This document shows, piece after piece, positions 39,636 to 48,371 of a DNA stretch of 64,000 nt. The stretch lies in the NCBI GenBank assembly GCA_030691735.1, contig JAUYDS010000079.1, positions 905-64,904 on the forward strand, read 5' to 3'. The DNA comes from Candidatus Aminicenantes bacterium (lineage in GTDB: Bacteria > Acidobacteriota > Aminicenantia > Aminicenantales > UBA4085). Each line of letters opens with the position of its first letter. Position 1 is the stretch's first letter. The translations under genes were made by a program, and so were the position numbers. The notes beneath the pieces were generated by a model. The model worked only from the letters and a program-made list of their open reading frames with translations, searched no databases and was not told where the DNA came from.

Positions 39636-40412
39636 ATGTACAAGACGCTCATTTACGAAAAGAAGGGCGGCATCGGCCTCCTGACCATCCACCGGCCCGA
39701 GAAGATGAACGCCCTCTCGATGGAGCTCACCGACGAGCTGAAAAAGTTTCTCGACGGCATCGAAGGCGACGAGGAGCTGCGGGTGTTGATCCTCACCGGA
39801 GCGGGAGAGAAAGCTTTCGTGGCCGGGGCGGATATCCAGGAGCTGGCCGAACGCGACGCCGAAACGGGACAGCGGATCTCGAAGGAACGGCAGGAGATTT
39901 TCGCCCGGATCGAGAACCTCAGGATTCCCGTCATCGCCGCCGTCAACGGCTATGCCCTGGGGGGCGGTCTGGAGCTGGCCTTGGCCTGCTCTATCCGGGT
40001 CTGTTCGGAGAACGCCCTGTTCGGCGCTCCGGAGGTCAAACTCGGCATCATCCCCGGAGACGGAGGGACCCAAAGGCTTCCCCGGCTGGTCGGACCGGGC
40101 CGGGCGATGGAAATGATTCTCACCGGCGATCCGATAGACGCCCGCGAAGCCTTCAGGATCGGACTGGTGAACCGGGTCTTCCCGCTCGAGTCGTTGATGG
40201 AGAAGGCGATGGAGCTGGCCCAGACGATCGCCTCCCGGCCTCCCCTAGCTGTCCGGTTCGCCAAAGAAGCGGTGAACAAAAGCCTCGAGGGCGGCCCGGC
40301 CGGCTTCGCCCTCGAATCCAGCCTCCACGCTCTTTCCTGCACGACGGAAGATAAAAAAGAGGGTGTGGCCGCGTTTTTAGAGAAGAGAAAGGCTCATTTT
40401 CAGGGGAAATAG
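39636..40412 (+). CDS. Enoyl-CoA hydratase (crotonase)
   Basis: The crotonase motifs AAVNGYALGGGLELALACSIRV and the catalytic Glu residues are present. Confidence 0.9.
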   Translation: MYKTLIYEKKGGIGLLTIHRPEKMNALSMELTDELKKFLDGIEGDEELRVLILTGAGEKAFVAGADIQELAERDAETGQRISKERQEIFARIENLRIPVIAAVNGYALGGGLELALACSIRVCSENALFGAPEVKLGIIPGDGGTQRLPRLVGPGRAMEMILTGDPIDAREAFRIGLVNRVFPLESLMEKAMELAQTIASRPPLAVRFAKEAVNKSLEGGPAGFALESSLHALSCTTEDKKEGVAAFLEKRKAHFQGK

Positions 40413-40522
40413 CCGGGACGCCGGGGCCGGTTTTTGACTTGGTTTTTTCCTTATGCTATAAGTTTGACGAAGTCGAAGTTTCAGTTCCATCGGGAAACCG
40501 GATTCGCCTCGAGGAGGAAACA

Positions 40523-41665
40523 ATGGGCTTGGAATGGTTGAAGAAGGACACGGAGGTCAAGGACCATTCTTTATGGGGGAGCCAGCACTGGGGGACCGAA
40601 CCGCCGTGCACGATGTACGAGAAAAGGCCGATTCTCGACGCCTCGGGCAAGCCCGTGGCCGGCTTGTTTGCGGCCTGGATCATCCTCAACAACCCTGCCC
40701 AGTACAATTCCTACACCACGGAAATGGTCAAGGGCGTGATCGCCGGATTCCAGAACGCCTCTCTTGACCGAAGCGTCGTCGCCGTCGTGTTCACGGCGGT
40801 CGGAGAGAGGGCCTTCTGCACCGGCGGCAATACGAAGGAATACGCGGAGTATTATTCCGGAAAGCCGAACGAATACGGCGAATACATGGACCTCTTCAAC
40901 GGCATGGTGGATGCCATCCTGATGTGCAAAAAGCCGACGGTCTGCCGGGTGAACGGAATGAGGATCGCGGGCGGCCAAGAGATCGGGATGGCCTGCGACG
41001 TCACCTTCGCCGCCGACACGGCCATTTTCGGCCAGGCCGGGCCCCGGCACGGCTCCTCCCCGGACGGAGGATCGACGGACTTCCTGCCTTCGTTCTTCAG
41101 CATCGAGGACGCGATCTGGAACTGCGTCTCATGCGAGCTGTGGAGCGCCTACAAGATGAAAAGGCTGGGCCTCATCAGCCGGGTCGTTCCGGTCATCAAG
41201 AAAGAGGGGGCCTTCGTCCGCAATCCGGCCGTGATCACCGACCGATATGTGGACGACGGAGACATCGTCTACGGCGAGTTCACCACGGGCGAAGAGGGGA
41301 AAAAAGCCCGGGAATTTCTCAAAACCGCGGGCATCGATTTCGCCCTTCTGGATCAAGCCGTGGGCGAAACGCTGTGGAGGTTCACCAACCTCTTTCCCGG
41401 CTGTCTGATCAAGGCCCTGGACAGCCTCCGGGCCAAGAAAAAATTCTTTTGGGATCAGCAAAAAAATTACAACCGGCATTGGCTCGCGGTCAATATGATG
41501 ACGGAAGCGTACCTCGGCTTCAACGCCTTCAACTCCAAAAAGGCGACGGGCGAAGACGTGATCGACTTTGTCAAATACCGGCAGCTCATCGCCAGGGGCC
41601 TGCCTGTGGACGAGGCTTTCATGGCCGCCGTGCTGCCCCAACCCCGAGGCCGGGACGGCGAGTGA
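40523..41665 (+). CDS. bamA: 6-oxocyclohex-1-ene-1-carbonyl-CoA hydrolase (ring-opening hydrolase of anaerobic benzoyl-CoA degradation)
   Basis: The product is a crotonase-superfamily protein of about 380 aa. It contains the peptides QYNSYTT and GQEIGM targeted by the bamA SP9/ASP1 marker primers (nt about 40690 CAGTACAATTCCTACACCACGG, about 40975). A GAGGAGGA RBS is present. Confidence 0.85.
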   Translation: MGLEWLKKDTEVKDHSLWGSQHWGTEPPCTMYEKRPILDASGKPVAGLFAAWIILNNPAQYNSYTTEMVKGVIAGFQNASLDRSVVAVVFTAVGERAFCTGGNTKEYAEYYSGKPNEYGEYMDLFNGMVDAILMCKKPTVCRVNGMRIAGGQEIGMACDVTFAADTAIFGQAGPRHGSSPDGGSTDFLPSFFSIEDAIWNCVSCELWSAYKMKRLGLISRVVPVIKKEGAFVRNPAVITDRYVDDGDIVYGEFTTGEEGKKAREFLKTAGIDFALLDQAVGETLWRFTNLFPGCLIKALDSLRAKKKFFWDQQKNYNRHWLAVNMMTEAYLGFNAFNSKKATGEDVIDFVKYRQLIARGLPVDEAFMAAVLPQPRGRDGE

Positions 41666-41738
41666 TGTTTCTCCCACTTCACGACCCGGCAAGGACGCCG
41701 TGACGGGGACGACTCCCGGATCGGGAGGAGATGACCTC

Positions 41739-43001
41739 ATGACCAAGACGAAAAAAATCTTCGATCTCCCGGCAAACATCGCCGGAGGCGGACCGGCCCT
41801 GATGAAAGAAAAAAAGATGAAAATCGTTTTTCTTTCGGCCGTGCGAACCCCCTTCGGCGAGGCGGGGGGCTCGTTGAAAGACGTTTCCCCGATCGAGCTG
41901 GGAGCGTTGGCCGCCCGGGCGGCCATAAAAAGAGCCGGCCTCGAAGGCCGGGAAGAGTCCATCGATGAGGCGGTTTTCGGCAACGCCATGCCGGCCAGCA
42001 TTGATTCCCACTACGGGGCGCGCCACGTCGCCCTGAAAGCCGGGCTGAATTTTTTTACACCCGGCCTGACCGTCAACCGAATTTGTTTTTCGGGCGGCGA
42101 AGCCGTTATCCAGGGAGCCAAACAGCTCCTTCTGGAGGAAAGCCGGGTCGTGCTCGTGGGGGGCTATGAAAGCACGAGCCAATGCCCCGCGGTCCAGTTC
42201 GGTGCCGCTTTCGGATTTCCCTACATGGCGGGACCGAAGGTTTATTTTCTATTCAAAGACGGCCTGAACGACACTTATATCAACGACGACATGATGGGAA
42301 CGGCGGAGAATCTCGCCCGGCTTTACAGGATCACTCGCGCGGACGCCGACCGGATGGCCCTTTCTTCCCAACAGAAAGCGCAGGACGCCCGGCTCAAGGG
42401 CCGCTTGGCTAAAGAAATCGCCCCGGTCGTCCTGAAGACCAGAAAAGGAGAGGCCGTCATCGGCGAAGACGAGCATCCCAGGCCCGATACCACCTTCGAA
42501 CAGCTCTCCCGGCTGCACGCCGTGAAACCCGGGGGGATCCATACCGCCGGCAACTCCAGCGGTATCGTGGACGGAGCCGCGGCCTTGGTCATGTCCACGG
42601 AAAAGCGGGCCAAGGAGTTGGGCATCCCGCCCATCGGCGAGCTTCTTTCCTGGGGGACGGCGGCGGTCGATCCTCATTACATGGGGATCGGGCCCGTTCC
42701 CGCGTCGAAGATCGCCCTGGCCAGGGCCGGGATGGCCGTTGACGATTTGGATTTTATCGAGATCAACGAGGCGTTCGCCGGCCAGTATCTCGCCGTGGAG
42801 CGGGAATTGAAGCTGGACCGTTCCCGGGTCAACGTCAACGGAGGAGCCATCGCCCTGGGGCATCCGCTCGGTGCGACCGGTGCCCGTCTCGTCACCGCCC
42901 TGCTGACCCTGGGAGGGGTGGGGCTTGCCTCGGCCTGTATCGGCGGCGGCCAAGGAGGCGCGGTCATCATCCGAAGCTATGCGGACAAGGCGTCGATATA
43001 G
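41739..43001 (+). CDS. Thiolase (3-oxoacyl-CoA thiolase) with a roughly 26-aa N-terminal extension
   Basis: A GGGAGGAG RBS precedes the ATG at 41739. The thiolase core MKIVFLSAVRTPFG...CIGGGQGGAVIIRSY is present. Confidence 0.8.
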   Translation: MTKTKKIFDLPANIAGGGPALMKEKKMKIVFLSAVRTPFGEAGGSLKDVSPIELGALAARAAIKRAGLEGREESIDEAVFGNAMPASIDSHYGARHVALKAGLNFFTPGLTVNRICFSGGEAVIQGAKQLLLEESRVVLVGGYESTSQCPAVQFGAAFGFPYMAGPKVYFLFKDGLNDTYINDDMMGTAENLARLYRITRADADRMALSSQQKAQDARLKGRLAKEIAPVVLKTRKGEAVIGEDEHPRPDTTFEQLSRLHAVKPGGIHTAGNSSGIVDGAAALVMSTEKRAKELGIPPIGELLSWGTAAVDPHYMGIGPVPASKIALARAGMAVDDLDFIEINEAFAGQYLAVERELKLDRSRVNVNGGAIALGHPLGATGARLVTALLTLGGVGLASACIGGGQGGAVIIRSYADKASI

Positions 43002-43009
43002 GAGGGCTC

Positions 43010-45361
43010 ATGTCCGGAGAGAAGGGACTCGGGACGAAAAACGCGGGGCCGGGTATCGCCCGGGACGGAGTTGAAGTCCTGATCGTCGGTGCCGGAACGA
43101 TGGGAGCGAGCCTCGCTCAGGCCTATGCCCAGAGCGGGTTCGGCGTCGGCCTTTTAGATGTCAGCGACGAAATCCTGGACCGGGCGAAGCGCGTTATCGA
43201 TAGAGAGCTCGCGGCGGCCCGGAAAAACGGCCTCTTTTCCGACTCCCAGGTGGCCGAGATAAGGGGCCGGATTCGGACCTCGACAAACTACGCCGAAGCC
43301 TGCCGGGGAAAAGCCCTCAAGCTGGTTATCGAGACGGCCACGGAGAACATCGAGGTCAAAAAGCGAATTTTCAGACAGCTGGACGAGCTCTGTCCTCCCG
43401 GGGTAATACTGGCGACGAATTCTTCATCCTTGGACATAAACATCCTGGCCAGGCAGACGGCCCGGCCGGACAAGGTGGTCTGGATGCATTTTTTCTACCT
43501 TCCCCACAAGAACCGGGCGGGAGAGTATGCCGGCTCGGAAAGCGCGTCCCGAGAGAGCCTGGAGGCGGCCGCAAAATACATGAAGATGGCGGGGAAATTA
43601 GCGACTCCCATTCTGAACAGCCGCAAGGGAGGAGCCGCGGACGTCATCTTCGTTTCGCTTCTTCTCGAGGCTTCCCGGATGGTGGCCGAAGGGATGGACA
43701 TTCCAAGCATAGAGGCGGCCGGCCGCGAGGCCTTTGGCCTGCCGATGGGCTTTCTGGGCCTGATGGATGCCACCGGCATCCCCCTCGGGATCTATACGAT
43801 GTACTCCTTCTCCGACGCTTCCAACCCGGACGACTCCCTGTTTCGCGCCTACGGCAACTTTTTTTCGCCCCCTGAATGTTGCCAAGCCTTGTTGAAAAAA
43901 CACCAAGAGGCGGCGGACAAGTCCTCGGTGCGGTGGGTCTCGCCGGAGGACGCAAAAAGGACAGCCGGCGACAGGGAACTCGTCGCCCGGCTCAGAGACC
44001 GGTTCCGGGCCGTCGGGTTCATGACGGCCGCGGAATGCGTCGAAGCCGGAGTCATCGCCCTGGACGATGTGGACAGGCTGTGCCGGAACGCTTTTCTATG
44101 GCGGGAGGGTCCGTTCGCCCTCATGAACAGGATCGGATTGGGCGAGGTCATGCGGATCGTCAACGAGAGAGCGGAGCTGTCTCTAGCGCAGGGGATCCAT
44201 TTCCCCGTCCCGCGGCGACTCGTCTCCCAGGCGAAGAAGATGGAGCCTTGGCCGCTGGATCTGAGTCCGGTGGTCGTCCGCCTGGAGGGAGATCGAAAGA
44301 TCGCCCGGATCATGATTTCCAATCCCCAGACCGCCAACGCTTTGGACAACCGGGTTTTCGAGGATTTGAAGTCGGCCTTTCGAAAAGCGAATCAACAAGA
44401 CGGACCTCAGGTCATCATCTTCGATTCGGCCCCCATCAAGACGTTCATCGCCGGAGCCAACGTCCCCGACTTCATCCAAAACATCAACCGGAATAATTTC
44501 CAGGGAATCAAGGATGACACGGCGAGGTGGCAGGATGTCATCTTCCACGAGATAACGGGGGGCGGCAGGCCGAAGATCGCCATCGTCGACGGCGCGACCT
44601 TCGGCGGAGGCGTCGAGGTCGCCCTTGCCTTCGCCCTGGATCCGGGCTCGGTCGTCGTGATTACCGACCGCACGGCTTACTCGCTCCCGGAAACGAGGCT
44701 GGGGATCTTTCCGGGATTGAGGGGAACGCTGACTCTTCCCCAGGCCATCTACAAAGGCACGGGAGACGCCGAGCTGGCCGTCGCCGTCAGCCGGTATTTA
44801 ATCCTTTCGGGCGGGACCGCAACTGCGTCGCCGCGGTTGATCAAGTCTCTGGGCCTGGCGGACTTCCTCGTCCCGGCACGAAGAAGAGACGAGGTCGCGG
44901 AGAAGCTGGCCCGGGCCATCATCGACCACGGCGGAAAACCGCTGTCTGCGACCGAGCGCGCTTCTCTCGAGATTGAAGAGCTGCCGGCCGAGCTGACCCA
45001 GGAAGAGAAGGAGGAGCTGAGAGTCGTGAAGGATTTGTTCCTCCGGAAAGATCTCGTCCCCACCCTTTACGCCTACGGCCGCGGCCAGGCCGAGATCTTT
45101 TTCTCCGGCGAAAACAAGGCCCTGGCGGAGAGAATCGCCCGGCGCGTGGTCAACAACTCTCCCCATGCCGTCCAGGTGGCCGACGGGCTGATCAGCCAAG
45201 GCTACGCCGGATTTCTCAAGGGAAAATCCCTGGATGAGCTTGCCCAACGGGAGCTGGATTACTATCTGGTCCCAACCTTTGAACACCCGGACGCCCTGGA
45301 AGGCCTGACGGCCCTGGTCGAACGCCGTTTTCCCGAGTTCAACCGGATGCTTCCGTTTTAA
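43010..45361 (+). CDS. Bifunctional 3-hydroxyacyl-CoA dehydrogenase / enoyl-CoA hydratase (N-terminal NAD domain, C-terminal crotonase)
   Basis: The N-terminus has IVGAGTMGASLAQ and 3HCDH domains. The C-terminal half has the crotonase fold (IAIVDGATFGGGVEVALAF). Confidence 0.85.
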   Translation: MSGEKGLGTKNAGPGIARDGVEVLIVGAGTMGASLAQAYAQSGFGVGLLDVSDEILDRAKRVIDRELAAARKNGLFSDSQVAEIRGRIRTSTNYAEACRGKALKLVIETATENIEVKKRIFRQLDELCPPGVILATNSSSLDINILARQTARPDKVVWMHFFYLPHKNRAGEYAGSESASRESLEAAAKYMKMAGKLATPILNSRKGGAADVIFVSLLLEASRMVAEGMDIPSIEAAGREAFGLPMGFLGLMDATGIPLGIYTMYSFSDASNPDDSLFRAYGNFFSPPECCQALLKKHQEAADKSSVRWVSPEDAKRTAGDRELVARLRDRFRAVGFMTAAECVEAGVIALDDVDRLCRNAFLWREGPFALMNRIGLGEVMRIVNERAELSLAQGIHFPVPRRLVSQAKKMEPWPLDLSPVVVRLEGDRKIARIMISNPQTANALDNRVFEDLKSAFRKANQQDGPQVIIFDSAPIKTFIAGANVPDFIQNINRNNFQGIKDDTARWQDVIFHEITGGGRPKIAIVDGATFGGGVEVALAFALDPGSVVVITDRTAYSLPETRLGIFPGLRGTLTLPQAIYKGTGDAELAVAVSRYLILSGGTATASPRLIKSLGLADFLVPARRRDEVAEKLARAIIDHGGKPLSATERASLEIEELPAELTQEEKEELRVVKDLFLRKDLVPTLYAYGRGQAEIFFSGENKALAERIARRVVNNSPHAVQVADGLISQGYAGFLKGKSLDELAQRELDYYLVPTFEHPDALEGLTALVERRFPEFNRMLPF

Positions 45362-45386
45362 TTAAAGGAAAAAGGAGGGTCCTGAG

Positions 45387-46133
45387 ATGGATCTCAACGG
45401 AAAAGTCGCGTTGGTCACCGGCGGAAGCAAGGGTATCGGCGGGGCGATATCCGTCGATCTCGCCAAAAATGGGGCGGAGGTGGCTTTGACCTTCCTCGCC
45501 TCCGAAGAAAAAGAAGCCGGGGCGGTTGTCGATGCCGTCAAAACGTTCGGCCGGCGGGCCAGGGAATACGTCGTCGAGATCTCCGATTACGAGCAAGTTC
45601 AGCGGCTGGTCCAGCGAGTGCTAAGCGACTTTGGCCGTCTGGACATCTTGATCAACAACGCCGGCATCAACTGGGACGGGGTAGTCTGGAAAATGAGCGA
45701 AGAGCAGTGGGATCGAGTGATCGATGTCGACCTGAAAGGCGCCTTCAACGCGATCCGGGCCGCGACGCCGGTCTTCAAGAATCAACGGTCCGGAAAGATC
45801 GTCACCATCACCTCTATCAACGGCCTGCGGGGACGTTTCGGCCAGGCGAACTACGCCGCCGCCAAGGCGGGTCTCATCGGACTGACCAAGACGGTCGCCC
45901 GGGAGATGGGGAAGTTCGAGGTCAACGTCAACGCCGTCGCCCCGGGGATGATTGAAACCGACATGGTCCGGAATCTGCCGGAAGAGGCGAGACAGAAGTC
46001 GATTGCCGAGACCGTCTTCAACCGCCTCGGCCGGCCGGAAGATGTGGCCTACCTGGTAACCTTTCTCTGCACCGAGAAGGCCCGGCATATCACGGGCGAG
46101 GTCATCAAGGTCGATGGAGGGCAGTACATCTAA
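45387..46133 (+). CDS. Short-chain dehydrogenase/reductase (FabG-like 3-oxoacyl reductase)
   Basis: The motifs TGGSKGIGGAI, NNAG and YAAAKAG (catalytic YxxxK) are present. Confidence 0.85.
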   Translation: MDLNGKVALVTGGSKGIGGAISVDLAKNGAEVALTFLASEEKEAGAVVDAVKTFGRRAREYVVEISDYEQVQRLVQRVLSDFGRLDILINNAGINWDGVVWKMSEEQWDRVIDVDLKGAFNAIRAATPVFKNQRSGKIVTITSINGLRGRFGQANYAAAKAGLIGLTKTVAREMGKFEVNVNAVAPGMIETDMVRNLPEEARQKSIAETVFNRLGRPEDVAYLVTFLCTEKARHITGEVIKVDGGQYI

Positions 46134-47332
46134 TGAGAGAATCCATGGACGTGACCGATATCGTGGTCGTCGGTGGAATCCGGACGCCGATGGGGAAATT
46201 CGGCGGCGCCTTGAAGGATGTGGCGGCTTACGATTTGGGGGCGGCGGCGATTTCGGGAGTCTTGAAAAAAACCGGCCTCCCGGGCAAGGTCATCGATGAT
46301 GTCATCCTGGGAAGCTGTCGTCAGGCCGGAAACGGACCCAATCCTTCCCGCACGGCCATGGTCCGAGGAGGAATACCCGAAACCGTGCCGGCTTTGACCT
46401 TAAATATGGCCTGTCCGTCCGGGATGAGGGCCCTGGCCTTGGCCTCTCAAGCCATTCGCCTGGGGGAAGCCCAGGTCGTCCTCGTGGGAGGCTTCGACAG
46501 CATGAGCACGATACCTTACCTCCTCAAGGACGCTCGTTGGCAAGGATTCAAGATGGGCGACAAGGTGCTTCAGGACGGCTGGAGCGATTCGATCGACCCT
46601 CTCTGCAACTTAGGCATGGGCGAGACGGCCGAGAACCTTGCCGAGAAATACCAAATTTCGAGGCGGGAGCAGGATGAATTCGCCGCCTCCAGCCAGCAAA
46701 AAGCCGCCCGGGCCCAGGATGAAGGGTGGTTCGACGAGGAAATCGTTCCCGTCTCTGTCCCGCAGACGAAAGGAGATCCGCTGGCCTTTGGCCGGGATGA
46801 AACAATCCGCCGGGATACGACCGTGGACAGGCTGATGAAGCTGCCGCCCGTTTTCCGCAAGGACGGAAGCATCACGGCCGGAAACGCATGCCTGATGTCG
46901 GATGGGGCCGTGGCCCTGGTCGTCGCCTCTCGGTCGAAAGCTAAAGATCTAGGGTTGAAGCCGCTGTTTTCGCTCGTCTCTTACGCCCAATCCGCAGTGG
47001 ATCCCCGGTTTATGGGGGAAGGTCCGGCCGTAACGATTCCCCTGGCCTTGAACAAAGCGAAGATGACCCTGGCCGATGTCGACTTCATCGAGGTGAATGA
47101 GGCTTTTGCGGCCCAGGTCTTGGCCAACGAACGAATCCTCAAGTGGGACAGGGAACGACTCAACGTTCACGGCGGGGCGATCGCCCTCGGCCATCCCACG
47201 GGCATCAGCGGGGCCAGGATCTTGCTGACCCTGTACCATATCCTCAGGCTCCACGATGGAGAGACGGGCGTGGCCGGTATCTGCGGCGGGGGCGGAGTCA
47301 GCATGGCGGCGGTCATCCGGAGAGAGGGCTGA
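46133..47332 (+). CDS. Thiolase (acetyl-CoA acyltransferase), third copy in the cluster
   Basis: The thiolase signatures, with C-terminus GICGGGGVSMAAVI, are present. The start overlaps the upstream stop (TAATG). Confidence 0.85.
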   Translation: MRESMDVTDIVVVGGIRTPMGKFGGALKDVAAYDLGAAAISGVLKKTGLPGKVIDDVILGSCRQAGNGPNPSRTAMVRGGIPETVPALTLNMACPSGMRALALASQAIRLGEAQVVLVGGFDSMSTIPYLLKDARWQGFKMGDKVLQDGWSDSIDPLCNLGMGETAENLAEKYQISRREQDEFAASSQQKAARAQDEGWFDEEIVPVSVPQTKGDPLAFGRDETIRRDTTVDRLMKLPPVFRKDGSITAGNACLMSDGAVALVVASRSKAKDLGLKPLFSLVSYAQSAVDPRFMGEGPAVTIPLALNKAKMTLADVDFIEVNEAFAAQVLANERILKWDRERLNVHGGAIALGHPTGISGARILLTLYHILRLHDGETGVAGICGGGGVSMAAVIRREG

Positions 47333-47352
47333 GACATATGACCTCCGGTCCG

Positions 47353-47458
47353 GTCAAGGGACGAGCCTTCGGCTCGCCACTCGCCCGTGGCTTGTATCCA
47401 CGGGCGAGTACGGCGGAAGTGGACCCCCGGGCAATGCCCGGGGCCCCGGCCGCCGTGG
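47353..47458 (+). repeat. GC-rich palindromic mini-element, long form (copy C), filling the thiolase/Mo-hydroxylase intergenic gap
   Basis: It is near-identical to copy B, including the CACTCGCCCGTGG...CCACGGGCGAGTA hairpin module. Confidence 0.8.
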
Positions 47459-47468
47459 AGAAATAAAA

Positions 47469-48371
47469 TTGTCGCTCGACCGGGAGGCCGACATCGCATT
47501 CCACGCCCCCCAGACTCTGGCCGAAGCGCTCCGGCTCTTGGACGAGCTTGAGAACGCCCGGATCTTGGCCGGCGGGACAGACCTTCTGGTCGAGCTTCGA
47601 GAGGGCCGGGCAGAGGCCCGTAACCTCATCTCGATCCAAGACGTTGACGAGCTTAAAGGGATCAGAGAAAAGGGCGGCCGGGTCGAGATCGGGGCCTTGG
47701 CCACTCCCCGGGAGATAGCCGGCAACTCCCTGATCAATCGGCATAACCCGGCTTTGGCCCAGGCGGCCGGCGGGATGGCCTCTTCCCATATCCGGTCGAT
47801 GGCCACGATCGGAGGAAACATCGTCAGCGCGGTTCCCTCCGCGGACCTCCCTCCAGCCTTGATAGCGGCCGAGGCCGCTGTCCGGCTCGTGAGCTCGGCC
47901 GGAATCCGCGAAGTATCTCTTTCGGACTTTTTCACGAGTCCGAGGTGCACTGTCTGCGGAAGCGCGGAGATCCTTGCCGCGGCGATTTTCCCTCCGCCAC
48001 CGCCCGGGACAGGAATCTCCTGGGAGAGGTTTTCACTCCGCGAGTCCAACGCCCTGGCCGTCGCCGCCGTCGCGGCCTGCCTGACCATCCGGAAAGGAAC
48101 GATCGCCCGGGCCGCGGTCGTACTCGGAGCCGTGGCCCCGACCCCTCTGGCGGCGGTTAAAACCGCGGAATTTCTCTCCGGCCAAAAGCCTTCTACCGGC
48201 CTTTTTGCCGAAGCCGCTTCCCTGGCCGGGGAGGAATGCCGGCCGATTTCCGACATCCGAGGATCGGCCTGGTTTCGGAAGGAGATCGTCACGGTTCTGA
48301 CCCGGCGGGCCCTGGCCGGAGCCTTGGCTCGAGCCCAGGTGAACCAATCGGGAAGGAACGGCCCGGCTTGA
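47469..48371 (+). CDS. FAD-binding (CoxM/HcrB-like) subunit of a xanthine-dehydrogenase-family molybdenum hydroxylase; TTG start
   Basis: The FAD_binding_5 motifs AGGTDLLVEL and GGNIVSAVPSADL, plus the CO dehydrogenase flavoprotein C-domain, are present. Confidence 0.75.
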   Translation: MSLDREADIAFHAPQTLAEALRLLDELENARILAGGTDLLVELREGRAEARNLISIQDVDELKGIREKGGRVEIGALATPREIAGNSLINRHNPALAQAAGGMASSHIRSMATIGGNIVSAVPSADLPPALIAAEAAVRLVSSAGIREVSLSDFFTSPRCTVCGSAEILAAAIFPPPPPGTGISWERFSLRESNALAVAAVAACLTIRKGTIARAAVVLGAVAPTPLAAVKTAEFLSGQKPSTGLFAEAASLAGEECRPISDIRGSAWFRKEIVTVLTRRALAGALARAQVNQSGRNGPA

